From the NCBI GenBank assembly GCA_036172245.1, contig JAYWIR010000019.1, positions 1,302,001 through 1,366,000 of the forward strand: a DNA stretch of 64,000 bases. The letters run 5' to 3'. This DNA comes from Raillietiella orientalis (taxonomy: Eukaryota). Positions 61,312 to 64,000 of the stretch are shown here, in pieces (the first letter of the stretch is position 1; every line of letters starts with the position of its first letter). Below the pieces are notes generated by a model. It saw only the letters and a program-made list of their open reading frames with translations, was not told where the DNA came from and did not search any database. The translations under genes were made by a program, and so were the position numbers.

Positions 61312-63900
61312 GCCTACGGTCATCGTGTGTTTGCCCAACATCTTCCCAAGATTCGCCTGAAACTCCCATCCCAGATGGAGCCATTCGGTTGCCCCTTCGC
61401 ATGTAGGCGAACGGCGTCGACCGCGTCCCGGAAGGCGCGACTCGCACCCTTCCCCTGTCTTCACGGCAACAGCCGCTAGCGCGTGGCGGACAATAGTCAG
61501 CGAGGAGCCCACGCCAGGCCGGAGCGAGACTCAGCATTCTCCTCAGTAGGTCTCGTGGGAGAGCATCACGGAGCTGACGTGCCTCAGCGATGCTCTCCCG
61601 TCCCTAACGCATTCAACGGATGCGTGCGACAGGGTTACCACTATACCGCAGTTGGGGCACACCCCGGACACTCTCCACACTGATGGGTGGCGCCACTTCT
61701 CGTTGCAAGGACAGTGTTCAGTGAGCCAGTAAGATGACAGTCTGCAGGGACAAAAGGGAAGGGAGACTGAGGCGTCCATTAGGACACCCGGGATGTCTAG
61801 TGTTTCACCCGGATTAGCGAGCAGCTCCACCCACCTCTGCGTGGTCTTTAGACAGATCTGTCGGCGCGGATTCGATCCTTTTCCATTGCGCGAATGGACC
61901 TGTTGACCCTCGAGAGCAGGCAGGTCACTTCCCTTGCCGCAGGAATATCCACTTCTCTCATCGGTACACTAACAGACGCATGGAGTCCTGGATGACCTCG
62001 CGATGGATCTGGGAAGCTGGGGCGCATCCTCCAGCATCTCCCCGACAGGAAGTTTTCCTCCAGGGATGTGATGGCGCTGCGGTCAGGGAGGGTAGGATTT
62101 TTCCACGCTGCTGCCCCCTTCTCTCGGGATGCAAAAGGAACGCCTCTGTCGCGGAAGGGAACCAGGGTACTCTGGAACTTTACCAGCCGTACGGGTCTGA
62201 CCTCCCTCGGAGACAACGAATCCACAAATGTTCCCAGGCAAGTCAGGACGCGAAAATCACCCCCGAGCAGACCAGTTCTCATTCACTTACGAGCAAAAAG
62301 CCAGGATTTTCGGCCTTTGCTGTTGATCTGAACGCCGGTCAAAAGACTCGAAGGTCGCCTCGAGTGGGGCTGAAGGGATCAGGCACCTTGTCAGCAGGAG
62401 GAGGAGTCTGCATGCCTTACCGTATCGTCGGACCTTGCCGGGAGACCGGCTGCTGTGTGCCGGTACGGCATCAGTTCTGATAGAAGGACAGGCTGCTGAA
62501 GTGTGTCGGGCTCAGGGATTCTACCTGACACATCTCCCGTCCAGTGTCCTCGGTTCGGAGGTCACTAGAAAAAATGGAAATTTTCTCATCGTCCCTGAGC
62601 GGAAGCGGGAAGTCGGGGAGGCTGGCAGGGGAACCAAGATACTCCTTCGGCTTGGCGAAGAGCTCCCGAAGGGCGCTGACGAAGACCCTCTTCAGCCAGT
62701 GCTGCTCCCTTCTCGGGGGCTGTCCCGTTAGGTACACTTTCGCAACCTGTGCCGTTTCTGGAAACGGCATCGATCTCTCGTTCTTCCTCCCACAACTGGA
62801 GTATTCTAGGTGCGGGATGGAGCAAGCCGGCATCTACGGCCCCGCCCGGCACCGTGCAGGTGCCAAGCGTCCTATGCGCGTGCTCCACGCTTCGGAGGGC
62901 AGCTGGACATCCACGTTCGCATCCGAATGGCGGGACACTAGCTGCCGAGGCAAGGGGAGCCTTTTATTTTCGGCGAAAGGTCCACCTTGGCTGACCTGTC
63001 TCCAGGATGAACGGTTGCAGAGTATGCGTCGAAGGCGCCAGCTCAGCCACAAAAAGATTAGAAAACCCTGTGCTCAGCTCGCCCACTCGTTCGGTGTGCT
63101 TTCTGGCCAAAGGCTACAGGCAGGCTGACGGCAGGGGCCTCGATTAACTACATGGCGCAGTTCTCTTCAGGAGGTGCCTGTCTTCTGTAGGAAGCTGACT
63201 TCACCTACAGGGGATGTGGATCCCTGGTAAAGGCCATCAGGGTCTTCGCATCCTTCGCTGGTCACCTGAAGCACCCTGAAGTCGAGGACCTCTCCGAATG
63301 GAAAGCCACAGTGCTGGTTCGAAGAAAAGTCCAAGCAGTTCGTGGGGTCACCTTTGAGATAGGTCCGTAGGTTCCGGCGTGACCGGGTGTCAATTTTCCA
63401 TCTGCGCCGCACGCGCAGATGGAAATTCCGGCCCTTTCGGGGTTCTCCTTTCTCCCGCTCGTCTCAATGATTCCGGGAACCTGACGGCGTACCCGTGGGG
63501 TCGTTCCCAGGAATCTTCCCCAGCTCCTTCTTCCTCCTGGACCACCTGACATTTTCCCAGCCTGCTGCCTGGGGTGGGAGCGCTGGACTTTACTTTTTAT
63601 TCCCCGAGGTTCCGACAGGAGTGGGGATCTCACCCCTGATGAGCCATTTTCCCTCCCACTCCATCCCAGGGAGGTAAGGGGCAGTCGAGAGGTCGAAACT
63701 AGGAGTGCTGCGCTCTTCCAGCAAGGCTGGCAACACGGTCATCCTTTGCTCTGCCCGAGGCATTCTGCATTCGCATGCGGAGGAGCCACGAAAACGACAG
63801 CAAGGGGAACTCTCGAAGAGTGGTCGCCGTGCGTAGTCCATGCTTTGCCGGGATAATGGTAGCCAACCGACCCGAAGATGTAGAATGAGAGAGGAGAGGC
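61312..63900 (-). mobile_element. Decayed L1 5' half (ORF1, EN, linker)
   Basis: KVYLTGQPP..LKRVF and RCVR*NP*ARHTSAACP (knuckle, ~62535-62487); LLGGDF, PDRSAI and GRCWRMRPSF (EN); RVAPSG..PFAY and WLHLGWEF (pre-RT). The 5' boundary is uncertain. Confidence 0.55.
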
Positions 63901-64000
63901 GAAAGGGTGGACATCCTGTACTCGTTTTTTTCTTTCTTCCCCCTCCCTGATCTCCTATTTAGCTTGCCCCGAAGGAGTCGACAGCGTGTCCACCCTTTTT

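Overview
This is eukaryotic, fairly GC-rich DNA that is almost entirely a nested transposon graveyard. I found no intact host gene, RNA gene or CRISPR array. Two element classes alternate on both strands. (1) About 16 decayed non-LTR retrotransposon pieces of the L1/Tx1 type carry a CCHC ORF1, an APE endonuclease, RT and a C-terminal zinc finger; the best-preserved copy is 57620-61310 (+), with RQGD, YADD and GLEVNRTKS. (2) About 8 decayed hAT transposase relics (BED, DUF659-like core, dimerization domain) share a short GT-AG intron. All domain calls come from reading motifs by eye across frameshifts and stops, so boundaries are approximate (about +/-100-200 nt unless stated). The most notable signals are: an L1 subfamily with no poly(A) tail that ends in position-conserved, sequence-covarying hairpins; repeated antisense nesting of that subfamily inside other L1s; a near-identical 0.7-1 kb core shared by three otherwise divergent hAT relics; a 504-nt AT-rich insert bounded by a 13-bp direct repeat with a tRNA-3'-like end; and a 152-nt fold-back.
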